In this document: positions 63,144-64,000 of the stretch, piece after piece
Position numbering within the stretch: the first letter of the stretch is position 1
How the letters are laid out: every line of letters begins with the position of its first letter
Source of the DNA: Hydrolagus colliei
Taxonomy: Eukaryota
NCBI GenBank assembly: GCA_035084275.1
Contig: CM068742.1
Span: forward strand, 128,526,001 to 128,590,000
Direction of reading: 5' to 3'
Length of the DNA: 64,000 bases
Position numbers and translations under genes: made by a program
Notes under the pieces: model-generated
Told to the model about the DNA's origin: nothing
The model's input: the letters and a program-made list of their open reading frames with translations, nothing else
The model's database searches: none

Positions 63144-64000
63144 AACTCTGCAGCTCATGTCGTCTCCTGTACCAGGATTCATGGCCTCCATTATCCCTAT
63201 CCTCACTCTACTCCAGCTGATATATTTAATAACTATAGAAGTTTCCTTTAATATGTCAATGTACAGGCCAACCCCATTACAAGAAGGTGGATTAGCTCCA
63301 TAAACTCAGTGTTGTAATGGGACACACTATAAAAATGGCCTGCGGTCAGTACTTCTGGCTTTTCCAGTCACCGTTGATGCAACCAGTCTTGAGTGTGCAA
63401 CCCAGTGTTTCCTAGGACAACACGAGATGCTAAGATCATTCATCATAATGTATCAATGATCTAGTCCTTGCATTATTAATAATAATCCTTATATTAGATA
63501 TAAAACCTTATCATATTGTCAAAATGTCTCAAAGCACTTCACATGATTCAGTATATGGCCAGCTCGCCAGCACCAAACAATATACCTCCATGGCATGGCC
63601 ATGGTATAAGCAAACCCGCATTATACCAGGTGTGTTATGTAGTATCAGCCTATATTTGTTTTGCTGCTATCCTAACAATACAGAAAATCCCATTCTGTTT
63701 ATTGTCCCATTCAGTTCCTTATCTATCCTCTATTATTGGGTGAAAGAGGTAATATATCCCAGGATTGCTGTCAGGTGTTACTGCATGTGATCAGACTAGA
63801 TGTGCCAGAATTTACAGGGCACATTACAGCTTGTCTACGGTACTAACTATACACTACCACAGTATTGTCATCTCCAAAAGGCAACTGTCATTGTCAAATT
63901 TAAAGGGATTTCTGTATCCTGATACTCACCAATAGATCTTGAATAACACTGAGCATGCAAACTTCATGTATGGGTTTATTGTTTACTTAGGAGAGAATTT

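Overview
AT-rich, repeat-dense vertebrate DNA, either intergenic or deep intronic. The repeat content points to a cartilaginous fish, most likely a chimaera/holocephalan (inference from remembered family features, not a database search). No host protein-coding gene, rRNA, true tRNA or CRISPR array can be supported. The only long ORFs are retrotransposon reverse transcriptases: a 5'-truncated young CR1 (+, about 7566-9516) and a 5'-truncated young L2 (-, about 29879-31246). The rest is a layered TE record: two CR1 subfamilies (one copy retains ORF1 esterase but has lost its endonuclease), many L2 3' fragments, a young modular tRNA-derived SINE, older Deu-domain SINEs, AmnSINE2-like relics, two TA-flanked Tigger/pogo-type MITEs, a palindromic EnSpm-like MITE and Penelope-like termini. 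The most notable items are a minimal hammerhead ribozyme core in a Penelope-like inverted repeat (50163-50199, -), a Pbx-Hox/Meis motif cluster that reads like a conserved enhancer (20600-21010), a headless tandem chimeric retroposon (1773-2274) and several perfect hairpins. I did not find a convincing wholly new biological system. Boundaries of decayed repeats are approximate.
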